From NCBI GenBank assembly GCA_951406725.2, contig OX597839.1:37572001-37636000 (forward strand): a stretch of DNA of 64,000 nt, given 5' to 3'. Shown piece by piece: positions 63,413 through 64,000 of this stretch. Position 1 is the stretch's first letter. Each line of letters opens with the position of its first letter. Under the pieces are notes generated by a model. That model was not told the origin of the DNA, did no database searches, and was given only the letters and a program-made list of their open reading frames with translations. Origin of the DNA: Octopus vulgaris. Lineage: Eukaryota. A program made the position numbers and the translations under genes.

Positions 63413-64000
63413 CTAGCATTATGACCCGTCTTTGCCGGGTCATAGTGCTAGTGCATGTATATATGTGTATATATATATATGTGTACATATTACATGTACA
63501 TCTATATATATACATCTACACATAAAATACAAAATACAAAGTTATATCTTCATATCGCTAGTGATAATAATACTGAAAATATATAACAGACTGGAATTGT
63601 AGGACTATTCCATTTCTGCATGCTAATTTTATTTTTAATTTATTCCCATTCATGTAAAACCACTTATTCAAGTTCAAATCCTTGATGCAATTTTATACCA
63701 ATTGCTATTTTTACTTTTGTTATATTACGATTATATTATACTTTAGTTTGATTTTAATTATTACTTACAACATATAATTCAATTGTTATTATTATTATTA
63801 TTATTGTTAAAGTGAAAGTATCTGACATAAAATAGAGAAATGTTTTTGTTTCACTTTTAACACGTAATACTGAAATAGTGGAGAAGATATGATATTGCTA
63901 TGGGCTCGCCCTAGGCAAGAAGTTGAACATTTTTTTTTTGCCGATGATATTCCCCAGACCCTAAGTAAGGCATGTGTAAATTTTGAATGAAATTGGTTGT
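63413..64000 (-). mobile_element. Helitron-like element, 3' end at 63413, running off the window
   Basis: Terminal CTAG with hairpin ctagcattatgacccg...cgggtcatagtgctag. Confidence 0.6.

Overview
Eukaryotic, AT- and microsatellite-rich, SINE-saturated DNA. The repeat families look like those of octopus/coleoid cephalopods (inference from recalled families, not a search). The host gene is a + strand zyxin/LPP/TRIP6-family LIM gene. Three coding exons join in phase 1: 39298-39463, 42368-43135 and 47155-47256. They encode a proline-rich region with FPPPP/LPPPP motifs, an NES-like helix and most of LIM1; the remaining LIM exons were not found and probably lie beyond the window. The main surprise is an intact 1257-codon ORF (58223-61996) in the next intron on the same strand. 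It has a KRBA2/SCAND3-type integrase (rve-like) core with all three DDE positions altered, about 950 aa of low-complexity sequence, and a Cys/His finger. A phase-1 GTAAG donor near its end could splice it onto the downstream LIM exons, suggesting a domesticated dead transposase. Also seen: Penelope-type hammerhead ribozyme motifs on the minus strand (best at 3917-4016), a 28S rRNA fragment inside a SINE, a long-TIR MITE 17 nt after a splice donor, a pre-miRNA-like hairpin, a SINE-head/HERO-LINE chimera, and Helitron, mariner, piggyBac, CR1, RTE and Tx1-like remnants. Most short ORFs in the track are repeat artefacts. Repeat coordinates are approximate, and family names A-E are my own labels.
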